Shown: piece after piece, positions 9,242-18,453 of the stretch
Layout of the letters: each line of letters starts with the position of its first letter
Position numbering within the stretch: the stretch's first letter is position 1
Source: Spirochaetia bacterium
Lineage (GTDB): Bacteria > Spirochaetota > Spirochaetia > UBA9216
Length of the DNA stretch: 64,000 bases
NCBI GenBank assembly: GCA_963675665.1
Contig: OY776510.1
Span: 64,001-128,000, forward strand
Direction of reading: 5' to 3'
Made by a program: the position numbers and the translations under genes
The notes under the pieces: model-generated
Databases searched by the model: none
The model's input: only the letters and a program-made list of their open reading frames with translations
What the model was told of the DNA's origin: nothing

Positions 9242-10102
9242 ATGAGCAGACCGGAAGGCTTTAAAGACCAGGTTCTTCATGTTATTCCTCCTGAATTCTA
9301 TAATAATTCCGACAGATTAACAAAGCAGCTTTATATAACCGATATAGGTTACTTCCCTAAGGCAGAAGACCACTGGATCTCAAGAAATGAAGGATGTTGC
9401 TCGTCAATTTTGATAATATGTACCGGCGGCAGCGGATATCTTGAAACAAAAGACTACAACGGACGAGTCGCTCCCGGCGAGGCCGTGATTATTTCTCCGG
9501 GAATTCCTCATTCATACGGAAGTGCGGCAGGCACATTTTGGGAGATTTTCTGGGTCCATTTCAGCGGAGAGATGGCCGTGGAATTACAATACAACCTCTC
9601 AGGCAGCAAAAAGTGTTTTCCTTTCCAACTGATTCCCGGTGATGAAAGCATGGAACTTTTCAGTGAAATTTGTTCAACACTATCAGAAGGGTTAAGCCCG
9701 CTGAAATATGAATTGATATGCAGCCGGTTCTGGCATCTCGGCGGCAGCCTAACCGCTGATAAAAAACACGGCAACGGCACTTCCGCCGGCCTTGTAACAA
9801 AGTGTATGGAAGTAATAGAAGAGAACCTGAAAGGGTCTCTAAGTCTTGAACAACTCAGCAGTAAAGTCTCTGTAACCCCACAATACCTGTGCAGATTATT
9901 CAAACAAAAAACAGGTCAATCCCCTATTGAATATTATAACCAACTGAAAATACAGCGTGCACGCGGACTTCTCGATATGACTTCTCTCAGAATCAATGAG
10001 ATCAGCGCCGGCCTGGGATTTAACGACCCTTATTATTTCACCCGCGTATTCAAACGCATAATGGGAATATCACCACGCGATTACCGCAACAGACAGATAT
10101 AG
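9242..10102 (+). CDS. AraC-family transcriptional regulator
   Basis: N-terminal cupin (DIGYFP, PHSY, WVHF) and C-terminal double HTH (LGFNDPYYFTRVFKRIMGISP). Confidence 0.9.
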   Translation: MSRPEGFKDQVLHVIPPEFYNNSDRLTKQLYITDIGYFPKAEDHWISRNEGCCSSILIICTGGSGYLETKDYNGRVAPGEAVIISPGIPHSYGSAAGTFWEIFWVHFSGEMAVELQYNLSGSKKCFPFQLIPGDESMELFSEICSTLSEGLSPLKYELICSRFWHLGGSLTADKKHGNGTSAGLVTKCMEVIEENLKGSLSLEQLSSKVSVTPQYLCRLFKQKTGQSPIEYYNQLKIQRARGLLDMTSLRINEISAGLGFNDPYYFTRVFKRIMGISPRDYRNRQI

Positions 10103-10161
10103 TGACACTTTTCGGGCGCTGATATATAATAACTATACGATATGGACCGACAGAAGGATAT

Positions 10162-11454
10162 ATGAAAAAGGAAAATCCGTTTTCAAAAGCTACAAGAGAC
10201 CAGAAAATCAGCTTTTCGGGATTCATGCTGCACGGTATATTCCTTGCTCTTGCAGTTACATTCACTGAAATAAATACAGTATTACCGGCATTGATAATCC
10301 AGAGCGGCGGCAGCGAAATACACATTGGCATTCTTACAACAATAATGATTGGCTTACCGCTGATTTCCCAGCTGCTTTTTTCACCCTTTCTTCAGTCCAG
10401 AAAAAGAAAAAAACCCTTTCTGCTGATTGGTATTTACGCCAGAATGACGGCATTTTACCTTATAGGTTTTCTGCTTTTCAAAGCGGAAAATTTTTCCACC
10501 GGAAGTATTTTGCTGATAGTATACTCAGGTCTTGTTTTATTCACTCTCAGCGGAGCATTTGCCGGTATAACTTACGTTTCCCTGATTGGTTCGACAATTC
10601 CTCCTTTACTGAGAAATCGTTTCTTCCTGAATAAACAGGTTTTCTGGAGTATCGGTGTATTTGTTTCCGGAATAATGACAAGGTTTATTATATCAACGGA
10701 AGGCGGGCTAACCCGGTACGGACTTCTCTTTGTGATGGCGGCATCCATGCTGGCTCTTGCATCAACAGGGTTCTGGCTTATCAGGGAAACCCCGGAGAAA
10801 AGCGCGCAGAAACATGAAAAGATATCAATATTCAAATCAATGCTGAGTATTCTCAGAACCGACAAAACCTTCAGAAATTACGCAGTAACGGCTAATCTGC
10901 TTACTACTTCTATTGTATTAATTCCGTTTTATATGAAAATATTCATCTCTTCCTATAATATCGACAATGCATTTATCGGAATAATTGTGCTTCTGCAAAC
11001 CGGCGGCATGGTCTTGTCAAATCTTATCTGGCCCCGAATTGTTTCATCATTCGGATTTAAGGGGCTGATGCGAATTCAGTCAGTACTTGGTTTTTCAATG
11101 CCGGTTTTTATTACCGCCTCCGTTATGGGAGGACTGGATTACAGAATAATTTATTTCATAGCCCTGCTTCTGGGCACAATGTCCGGCGCTTACAAGATGT
11201 CTGCAGAAGCTGTGCTGGTGCAAATCAGTCCCGATGATAAAAGAGCTCTCTATTCAGGAATTTATGGAGCCCTGAATCTAAGCTCCGCTATTTTTCCGCT
11301 TATTATCGCCGCGCTTATTTCCAACTTTCACTGGTTTGTTATTTTTCCAATTGCTTCAATACTGCCGCTGACGGCCATGGTTCCAATTAATAAAATGATA
11401 TGTCCTGTAGATATTAAAAAAGTGAAAGAAACAATCATTAAAAATAACAAATAG
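10162..11454 (+). CDS. MFS-type transporter
   Basis: 430 aa with about 12 hydrophobic segments in a 6+6 arrangement. Confidence 0.75.
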   Translation: MKKENPFSKATRDQKISFSGFMLHGIFLALAVTFTEINTVLPALIIQSGGSEIHIGILTTIMIGLPLISQLLFSPFLQSRKRKKPFLLIGIYARMTAFYLIGFLLFKAENFSTGSILLIVYSGLVLFTLSGAFAGITYVSLIGSTIPPLLRNRFFLNKQVFWSIGVFVSGIMTRFIISTEGGLTRYGLLFVMAASMLALASTGFWLIRETPEKSAQKHEKISIFKSMLSILRTDKTFRNYAVTANLLTTSIVLIPFYMKIFISSYNIDNAFIGIIVLLQTGGMVLSNLIWPRIVSSFGFKGLMRIQSVLGFSMPVFITASVMGGLDYRIIYFIALLLGTMSGAYKMSAEAVLVQISPDDKRALYSGIYGALNLSSAIFPLIIAALISNFHWFVIFPIASILPLTAMVPINKMICPVDIKKVKETIIKNNK

Positions 11455-11619
11455 ATTTGGAAATATTAACAGAAAATTAACGATCCCAAAATTATAACCT
11501 AATATCAGACTGCTAAAAAGATTTATAAAAAATTAAATACAGGCAGATGCAGTTTGCCCCGATAAATATCGGAATACAGAGGATATTCTGATCAGCAGGG
11601 CGCCATCTGCAGTTTTTAA

Positions 11620-11988
11620 TTATCTTTTATAAAGATAATTCGATTCACCTGCTGAATACCATTCACGGGCAAGTATGGATAAATCGGTTATCGTATATTC
11701 CAATGTTTCAGAATCCAGAAAATTATAATCTGCTTTAATACTGAAAACCCAGAATACCGACCAGATTTTAAGTTCATTGTCATCTGAATCTATACTCCAT
11801 TTTAAACCTATAGGGGCTTCACTAATCTCGCATTTCCCGTTTTCTTCAAATACAAAGGTTGTATCCCATTCATCTTCCCAGACTCCCACAAACCTGTCGC
11901 GATCATCCTCCAGCATAAGCCCTATCATATTGCACGATGTTATTAAAACAGCAGTAAGAATAATAATAAATAATAAACTTCTTTTCAT
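11620..11988 (-). CDS. Small lipoprotein of unknown function (paralog 1)
   Basis: MKRSLL...LITS-C lipobox; GGAGG RBS before ATG 11988; colinear with the neighbouring ORF. Confidence 0.75.
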   Translation of the reverse strand: MKRSLLFIIILTAVLITSCNMIGLMLEDDRDRFVGVWEDEWDTTFVFEENGKCEISEAPIGLKWSIDSDDNELKIWSVFWVFSIKADYNFLDSETLEYTITDLSILAREWYSAGESNYLYKR

Positions 11989-12051
11989 AGTTGCCTCCAA
12001 TTCTCTTCTTTTAAATAATATGACGACAGGCTGTGTTGTGTCAATTATTCC

Positions 12052-12426
12052 TTATCTTTTATAGAGATAGTAGGTTCTGCCTACCGAATAGCATTCACGG
12101 GCAAGAGCTGATAATTCGGTAATCGTCAGCGCAAGAGTTTCAGAGTCCTCAAAATCATAGTCCGCTTTTATATTTACCACCCACAAGGGAGACCATACTT
12201 TCAGCTCTTTGTCATCAGAGTCGATGCTCCATTTCAATCCTATAAGGAAATCGCTTATGTCGCAGCTTCCGTTTTCCTCAAACAAATAGATCTCACCTTC
12301 TTCATTCTCGTCCCAGGTTCCGATAAACATGTCACGGTCTTCTTCAAACATCAACCCTATCATGTTGCATGACGCCGTTATTACTGAAAAAAGGATTACA
12401 ATTAAAATCAATAAACTTCTTTTCAT
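12052..12426 (-). CDS. Small lipoprotein of unknown function (paralog 2)
   Basis: MKRSLL...ITAS-C lipobox; shares CNMIGLM, FEENG, IGLKWSIDSDD.ELK.WS, IKADY.F.DSETL and YLYKR with paralog 1. Confidence 0.75.
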   Translation of the reverse strand: MKRSLLILIVILFSVITASCNMIGLMFEEDRDMFIGTWDENEEGEIYLFEENGSCDISDFLIGLKWSIDSDDKELKVWSPLWVVNIKADYDFEDSETLALTITELSALARECYSVGRTYYLYKR

Positions 12427-12506
12427 GATCTCTCCAGAATTACATATATAAATATGATAAAGCGGTGATCCGATTTATGTCAATTATTAAAAATCAGGAG
12501 ATGATT

Positions 12507-13472
12507 TCAATTCACCCGGTAAGACGGCGATATGCCCTTAAGAACCTCAAGAACATTGCGCGCCGCCTTGGTTTTAAGCTCAACTATGGATTCTTCGCTG
12601 TACCATGCGGCGTGATCAGTCAGAGTAACATTTTCAAACTGTCTGAGCGGATTATCGTGCGGCAGAGGGTCATTGTTATAAACATCCAGACCGGCTGCCG
12701 CAATCTTTCCGCTTTCAAGGGCCCGACACAAAGCTGCCTCGTTTACTATCGGGCCGCGGGCCGTATTAATCAGAATTGCCCCGTCTTTCATCCTGGAAAA
12801 AGCCTTGTCGTCAAACATGTTAACAGTGTCCTGTTTCAGCGGACAGTGAATACTTATATAATCGCTGCGGCGCAACACTTCATCAAGGTCGGTCTTTCGG
12901 CCGCCTGCAACACCTATAAGCGCAGGATCAGTACTCGGGCTGTCTACAAGAATTTCACCGAACCCGAACCCCGAAATCTTTCTTACAAAGGTACTGCCTA
13001 TATGTCCGAACCCTATAATCCCGATTGTTCGACCTGCCATCCTGAAACAGGGCTGATCATTATGAAGGTTCCACCTGCCTTCGCGTATCTTGCGGTCGCG
13101 GTATGCCACTTTTCGTGCACAATTAAAAAGGAGCGCCAATGCATGCTCTGATGTGTCTTCCATTGAATAATCGGGAACATTGCATACGGTAATTCCCTTG
13201 TCCGATGCTGCATCTACATCCACATTGTCATAGCCGACACCGTAACGCGATATGACCTTGCATTTTTCAAGCCTGCCTATTAATTCCGCGTCAATATGAA
13301 ACAGATTGCATAAAATACCATCGGCATCATGAAGCAGATCAACTGCTTCTGCACTGCTTCCCGGGTAAGAAACCTCCGGAACTACACCGATTTCTGAAAG
13401 GACCTCAATTTCCTGATCGTAATGGTCGTAACGGTTATCAAGTATAACTACTTTATATTTATTTAAAGACAT
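12507..13472 (-). CDS. D-isomer-specific 2-hydroxyacid dehydrogenase (SerA/CtBP-like)
   Basis: RYGVGYDNVD, GIIGFGHIG Rossmann motif, INTARG, GLDVY and TDHAAWYS. Confidence 0.88.
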   Translation of the reverse strand: MSLNKYKVVILDNRYDHYDQEIEVLSEIGVVPEVSYPGSSAEAVDLLHDADGILCNLFHIDAELIGRLEKCKVISRYGVGYDNVDVDAASDKGITVCNVPDYSMEDTSEHALALLFNCARKVAYRDRKIREGRWNLHNDQPCFRMAGRTIGIIGFGHIGSTFVRKISGFGFGEILVDSPSTDPALIGVAGGRKTDLDEVLRRSDYISIHCPLKQDTVNMFDDKAFSRMKDGAILINTARGPIVNEAALCRALESGKIAAAGLDVYNNDPLPHDNPLRQFENVTLTDHAAWYSEESIVELKTKAARNVLEVLKGISPSYRVN

Positions 13473-13586
13473 ACCCTATACATCGACATGAAAAGCATAA
13501 AACAAAAGCCCGATGCTGCCAACAAAGATTTACCCGTACTTATTGACAAAAGCCCGATTATATGGCTTTATATACAGACTTAAATC

Positions 13587-13660
13587 GGGCCTATAGCTCA
13601 GTTGGTTAGAGCACCTGACTCATAATCAGGGGGTCCTAGGTTCAAGTCCTAGTGGGCCCA
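13587..13660 (+). tRNA. tRNA with CAT anticodon, most likely tRNA-Ile2 (lysidine)
   Basis: Cloverleaf GGGCCTATAGCTCAGTTGGTTAGAGC-ACCTGACT-CAT-AATCAGG...GGTTCAAGTCC..TGGGCCCA. The Ile-type acceptor stem has C4:G69 and C5:G68 pairs, with no initiator features. CCA is not encoded. Confidence 0.85.
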
Positions 13661-13664
13661 TTTT

Positions 13665-13698
13665 ACTACCTCCCCATTGGGGAGGTAAGTCTTTTATT
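13665..13698 (+). terminator. Intrinsic terminator after the tRNA
   Basis: TACCTCCCC-ATT-GGGGAGGTA stem followed by a T-rich tract. Confidence 0.6.
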
Positions 13699-13747
13699 TA
13701 CAACAAAATAGAGAAGAGACTGATTCCGGATTTTCCTATTTTGTACC

Positions 13748-13771
13748 GATTCTGACATTGATTCTGACATT
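13748..13771 (+). repeat. Tandem 12-bp direct repeat, probable integrase arm-type binding sites
   Basis: GATTCTGACATT twice, between the tRNA 3' end and the integrase RBS. Confidence 0.55.
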
Positions 13772-13798
13772 GAAACAGAGTCATACAGGAGGTATAAA

Positions 13799-14094
13799 AT
13801 GGAACGTCCAAAACGCCCCTATTCACTCAACAAACGCCCAACCACAAAGAAAAATAAGTTCATCTACTATGTAAGGTTCCGTCATCCGGAAACCGGGGAA
13901 TACATATCTGCTGTCTCTTCAGGAGAAACAAACAAAGCTTCAGCAGCAAACTGGGCTGACGACCAATTAAAAAAAGGACTGGTCCTTCTCCCCGGAAAGA
14001 AGAATATCACCTTTGCTCGGTATGCAGAGCAGTTCTGGGATTATGACAAGTCTCCCTACATCAGAGCAAAACTCGCCCGAGGCGGGTCCATCTC
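13799..14094 (+). pseudogene. N-terminal remnant of a tyrosine integrase
   Basis: AGGAGG RBS; YSLNKR..IYYVRFR..SSGETNKASAANWA..TFARYAEQFWDYD resembles the N-terminus of spirochaete phage-type integrases; sits next to a tRNA; no catalytic domain follows. Confidence 0.65.
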
Positions 14095-14376
14095 ACAATA
14101 TTTATTTCGATTGTTATCGGAATAATAGGTGTAGTAATATCTATCATTGCTGGCTTTATTGCCTTTGGGCAATATCAGGAGCACTGGATAGAATATAGGA
14201 CAACCTGTGAGAGTCTTAAAAAGGAAAGATTGCTCTTCAAAACAAAGGTAGAACCCTATAGTGATGAAGGAGCATTTGAATTATTAGTTCAAAGAGTAGA
14301 AACTCTCATCTCAAAGGAAAATACAAACTGGGCACAATACATGATGAATAGGGAAAAAGAAGAGAAAAAACGTTGA
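14095..14376 (+). pseudogene. C-terminal half of a SLATT (DUF4231) 2-TM effector, not in the ORF track
   Basis: Manual translation: TIFISIVIGIIGVVISIIAGFIAFGQYQEHWIEYRTTCESLKKERLLFKTKVEPYSDEGAFELLVQRVETLISKENTNWAQYM...KR*. A TM helix plus W..YR..CE.LK.E, PY and VE.LIS.EN..W. No start codon; fused to the integrase stub. Confidence 0.75.
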
Positions 14377-14439
14377 TGAAATCAGTTTTTGAATGATAAT
14401 TACTTGATATCCGAAATTATCGAATAAAAGGGGTATGAT

Positions 14440-14856
14440 ATTTCCAGTTATGTATTTATATCTTACAATTTCAATAATCGCGAATTAGTGCATGCAATAG
14501 ATAGTCTTTTCCAAAAACAAAACGGAAAGCTCCCTGGAACACCATTGCGTATGAAAAAAAATCTTAAAGATGAATCAGACACCATTATTAAATCTGAAAT
14601 TGTAACTATGATAGAGCGTTGTAAGATTTGCATCTTTGTAGTTGGAGCTGACACACACAATAGCCCTTGGATAGATTTTGAAGCACGAAAAGCAAAGGAA
14701 TTAGGGCTTCCAATATTCTTAGTTCGATTACCAAAAGAAAAGGGTGGTCCCCCAAAAATACTCAAAGAATGCTTAATCTATGAATGGAATTCAAAATCAC
14801 TTAAAGCTGAGTTGACAAAAGCATTTCAGCTAATAAATAGGCATAAGATAAAATAG
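14440..14856 (+). CDS. TIR-domain protein (ThsB/DUF1863-like)
   Basis: The frame extends upstream of the called GTG to ISSYVFISYNF (TIR box 1) after an AAGGGG RBS, with ATT at 14440. Also has CIFVVG..T..SPWIDFEARKA with the catalytic-type Glu. Confidence 0.75.
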   Translation: MSSYVFISYNFNNRELVHAIDSLFQKQNGKLPGTPLRMKKNLKDESDTIIKSEIVTMIERCKICIFVVGADTHNSPWIDFEARKAKELGLPIFLVRLPKEKGGPPKILKECLIYEWNSKSLKAELTKAFQLINRHKIK

Positions 14857-15041
14857 CTTTTATTTTGATAGTTTAATCACTCTTTCGTTTGGTAAGGCAA
14901 TAGCTGTAAAAAATAGTTGTAATTTTTCATATAGTCGTCGAAAATATAGTAATAGCGGATTTAAAAATTTTTGTTTCATTTCATTTATCTAAATATAATA
15001 TTCGCTGATTTTATGATAGCTAATAACATATAAGAGGAAAG

Positions 15042-15497
15042 ATGAACATTGTTGGAGGTTTATATCAAGAGCTCTGTATAGTTCCTGAATGGGATAAATT
15101 GCTGGGTTCTGGAGGACGAGCTGCCGCAGCAATTGCTAAATTCTCATCGGAATGTATTCTATGGTCTTACGCAAAATTGTAATCTCGAAGGAATAAAAGA
15201 ACTTGAAGCTTTAGGTGTGACTGTAAATATTAGTATACGCCAAACGCCTATTGTTTTTGCTTATTTCCATCCACTGTCTGTACCTCTAATTAAACCAACA
15301 CTAAATGAGATTCAAAACCAGAAAGAAATATTTGTAAGCGGAGATGTCGTGCTTCGTTTTGGATTTTTGGAAGGTGATGCAATTAATAAATGCCCATAGG
15401 GTTGTATATGATCCGCAAACTTGGCTGAACATTATTCCATTTAGTTCAAACGGATCTAAAGCTGATGAATTAGTATTAGTCCTTAATGAACTTGAAC
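15042..15497 (+). pseudogene. PfkB/ribokinase-like gene, frameshifted twice and truncated by IS66
   Basis: ATG 15042 after GAGG gives MNIVGGLYQELCIVPEWDKLLGSGGRAAAAI. It continues in other frames as FAYFHPLS..VLRFGFLEGDA and then RVVYDPQ..FSSNGSKADELVLVLNELE, ending at the IS end. Confidence 0.6.
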
Positions 15498-15528
15498 GTA
15501 ACCGTAAAAACAACCGCACCCTGAAAAA

Positions 15529-17040
15529 TCAGTTAAGATAAATATTCCAGGGAAGAAGCTCCTGCCAATCTTCACTGGACTTCATCAACGGAGCTTCGGT
15601 AAATACTTTTCTCAGATAAACATAAGGGTTGAGATCGTTTTGCTTTGCTGTTTCAACAAGTGAATAAATCCCGCAAGAACTCTCAGCACCTTTTGGGCTG
15701 CCGGCAAACAACCAGTTTTTCCTGCCCAACACAAACGGCCTGATAGCATTTTCACAGGCATTATTATCCGGAGTCAAATAAGGTGATTCAAGATAATTTA
15801 CAAGTTTGCTCCATTGCCCAATTGTATATGATATCGCTTTTCCGAGTTCAGTCGAAGGAACAACATTATGCTGCCTTTTCTCAAGCCAGGAACTGAACTT
15901 GGCCAATAGCGGTTCTGCCTTCTTTTTTCTTTCTGCAAGAAACTCGGGTTCACTTAAGTTTTTAGCTCTGAGTTCATTCTCTATCAAATACAGTTTCTGA
16001 ATATATTTCAGCCCTTCAGCAGCACTGCCAGGTTTCTTGGATACTCTTGATGCATCAAAGAATTTCCGTCTTGCATGAGCAAAACAACCGGCATGAATTA
16101 TATCTGGATAATCTTTCAACGCTGTAACATATGCTTCATAACCGTCAGTCTGAAGATAGCCGCTGAATCCGTCCAGAAAACTGCGAATATTCTTAGAACC
16201 CCTCGTTTCATGATATTCATATAGAATTGCAACTTGCCCCGGAGGCCCCCCTCGGGCAAGCCACATATAGGAGTTTCGAGTAGCAGGCCTATCCGGTTCA
16301 TTGTGAACCTGTATTCTCGTTTCATCCATCTGCATAACCGAACCGGTTTTCAGATGTTCTTTCATCAGTTCAAGCAGGATTATAAGAGCTTCATATGCCT
16401 GTCTTTGCCAGTTGCTCATATCCTGTCGGCTTATGCTGATCCCTATTCGCTCAAATCTCTTTTCCTGCCGGTAGAAAGGCAAATGATCTACATATTTATT
16501 TACAAGCAAAAATGCAAGGAGCTCGGGTGTTACTATGCTTTTGGGAAAGATTGTGGGAGCAGTCGGGGCTATCCGCACCGCAGGTTTATCTTCATCTCCG
16601 CTGCCTTCACAAGTCTTACAGGCATATTTGGGTCTGATGGTTCTTTCTACCCACATCTGTTCCGGTACAACTTTTATTCGTTCGGATATTTCTTCGCCTA
16701 TTCTAACCAGTTCTGCTCCGCAAGCGCATTTCTTCTCTTCTTCGGGTATATCAATAAGGATTTCTTCACGGGGAAGATTCTCGTTTATCTTCTTTCGACC
16801 AGGTTTCTTTTTGGTATAGGATTCTACCTTCTGAGTTTCAGATTCTTCTTCGGGAGCAATATCCGGTTCACTATCAAAAAGTAATATCTGAGCGGCTGTG
16901 TCTTTCTCGCTGGAACGATTATATTTCTTGAACAATTCAAGCTTGAAACGCTCTTCCAGCGCCTGGTATTTCGTTGCCCATTTTCGTTCAATATCTTTGA
17001 TGTATTGCTGTACTTCTTCAGGAAGCTTTTCAACATCCAT
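15529..17040 (-). CDS. tnpC: IS66 DDE transposase
   Basis: Zn-finger CACG/CKTC, HLPFYRQ, MDET, LQTDGY, CFAHARRKF, DNNACENAIRPFVLGRKNWLF and LLPWN. Confidence 0.95.
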   Translation of the reverse strand: MDVEKLPEEVQQYIKDIERKWATKYQALEERFKLELFKKYNRSSEKDTAAQILLFDSEPDIAPEEESETQKVESYTKKKPGRKKINENLPREEILIDIPEEEKKCACGAELVRIGEEISERIKVVPEQMWVERTIRPKYACKTCEGSGDEDKPAVRIAPTAPTIFPKSIVTPELLAFLLVNKYVDHLPFYRQEKRFERIGISISRQDMSNWQRQAYEALIILLELMKEHLKTGSVMQMDETRIQVHNEPDRPATRNSYMWLARGGPPGQVAILYEYHETRGSKNIRSFLDGFSGYLQTDGYEAYVTALKDYPDIIHAGCFAHARRKFFDASRVSKKPGSAAEGLKYIQKLYLIENELRAKNLSEPEFLAERKKKAEPLLAKFSSWLEKRQHNVVPSTELGKAISYTIGQWSKLVNYLESPYLTPDNNACENAIRPFVLGRKNWLFAGSPKGAESSCGIYSLVETAKQNDLNPYVYLRKVFTEAPLMKSSEDWQELLPWNIYLN

Positions 17041-17084
17041 ATCTTAAGTCTAGCATTTTTTGATCCGAGGGTAAATTCCTTATA

Positions 17085-17468
17085 CTATGTTATTTCAGAA
17101 TATTTTAATTCTGTATGAGCATTCCAGAAATCTATACCCTTTAGAAGCATGTCAAGCTCAGTCTGCTTCAGCTCTATTGCATCCTGATTATTTTTCGGCC
17201 ATGGAAAGCGATGTTTTTCAAGTTTCTTCTGCCATAAACAAAACCCGTTTTTATCCCAATAGAGAGCTTTCAAATTCCGTCTCTCTTTATTGCAAAATAA
17301 AAATAGATTGCCTGATAGTGGATCTGATTCAAGCTCATCAGCTACTATCATAGATAAGCCATTTATTGCTTTTCTCATATCGGTACTGCCTGGTTTTATG
17401 AATATCTTTATCTTGGAGAAATCAGGAAACACTTTTCGTTTCCACCAGGTCCATCGCTGCCATTGCAT
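17085..17468 (-). CDS. tnpB: IS66 accessory protein TnpB (real start probably GTG near 17432)
   Basis: DMRKAINGL, LFLFCNK, LYWDKNGFCLWQKKLE and FPWP. Confidence 0.92.
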   Translation of the reverse strand: MQWQRWTWWKRKVFPDFSKIKIFIKPGSTDMRKAINGLSMIVADELESDPLSGNLFLFCNKERRNLKALYWDKNGFCLWQKKLEKHRFPWPKNNQDAIELKQTELDMLLKGIDFWNAHTELKYSEIT

Positions 17469-17736
17469 CTTCTCTGCTGAATCCAGGCTGCAGGATTATT
17501 TTCCAACCACCGTGTTCGAGGATTATATTTTTCTTCACAGCAGGTATTTCAAGCATTGGCAATTTTACGAAACCCGGTTTTTGTGTTCTCTGTTTCTGCC
17601 GTTCTTGTTTGGTCCAGTTATAAAACGTGGTTGGCCGTATATCATTCTCACGGCAGAACTGACCTCCGGACATCCCGGACTCACGCCATTCTGTGAGATA
17701 GTCTGCTCGCTCTTTAGCGGTATATTGCTTGTTCAT
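17422..17736 (-). CDS. tnpA: IS66 accessory protein TnpA
   Basis: W.ESGMS..QFC.E..I..TTFYNW HTH; first ORF inside the IR. Confidence 0.85.
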   Translation of the reverse strand: MNKQYTAKERADYLTEWRESGMSGGQFCRENDIRPTTFYNWTKQERQKQRTQKPGFVKLPMLEIPAVKKNIILEHGGWKIILQPGFSREDAMAAMDLVETKSVS

Positions 17737-18117
17737 TATTTCCTCCAGCTTCCCGGAGTTTAATAGATTTCAGAGTTCAACATAAGGTGCGGTTGTTTTG
17801 ACGGTTACGTATATACAGAAAAACCGGCGCAGCTAACAGGGGGGGACTTATCAATATAATTGCCGCGGATAATTCAACCAGTACTATTGAGGAGAACTAA
17901 GAGTTCCTTTAGTATTTTTTCTCTTGTTGAAACTGCAAAACAGATTAAGCTTAATCATAAAAATTATTTTATAAAGGTTTTAAATAAACTGCATGGATAT
18001 GCAGCCATATCAGCGGTAAACCGCTTTTAATCTCTGCCCGTCTTCCAGACTTTCTCATCATAATTAACTATATTTCAAAGTAAGCGGTAATTCTTTCCTT
18101 CTTGCGAAAATCTGAAA

Positions 18118-18453
18118 ATGTACTATCCTCCGGGAAAAGAATCACGGAGGAATGAAATGAAGAAGATAATCAAAAACTGGGAAGAAATATTTGAACAACA
18201 ACAGATGAGCGGAAAATCAATTCCGGAGTTTTGCAAAGAGATTGAAATTCATCCAAATACTTTCTATAAGCACAGAAAACGGTTCGGTATGAACCTGTCA
18301 AAGAGCTCAGAGATAATAGAAATAAAACCCGTTCAATCTGTAGCAGCTGCACCAATTGTATTGAAGTCCAAAAAGTTTTTAATATCAATAACTGCCGGGT
18401 TTGATGAAGCCGAGCTGAAATCAGTTCTGAGAATAATCGGAGAACTTGAATGA
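18118..18453 (+). CDS. tnpA: IS66 accessory protein TnpA
   Basis: W..IFEQQQMSGKSIPEFC..I..NTFYKHR; real start probably 18157 after GGAGG. Confidence 0.85.
   Translation: MYYPPGKESRRNEMKKIIKNWEEIFEQQQMSGKSIPEFCKEIEIHPNTFYKHRKRFGMNLSKSSEIIEIKPVQSVAAAPIVLKSKKFLISITAGFDEAELKSVLRIIGELE

Larger units (their letters stand above)
15498..17808 (-). mobile_element. IS66-family element 1 (2311 bp), no target duplication
   Basis: Terminal IRs GTAACCGTAAAAACAACCGCACC / GTAACCGTCAAAACAACCGCACC (22/23). tnpA-tnpB-tnpC inside. Flanks ACTTGAAC and GTATATAC do not match. Confidence 0.93.

Noticed and set aside
13587-13660. Initiator or elongator tRNA-Met
   Set aside because: There is no C1:A72 mismatch or three G-C anticodon pairs, and the acceptor stem is Ile-like; elongator Met is not fully excluded without a covariance model.
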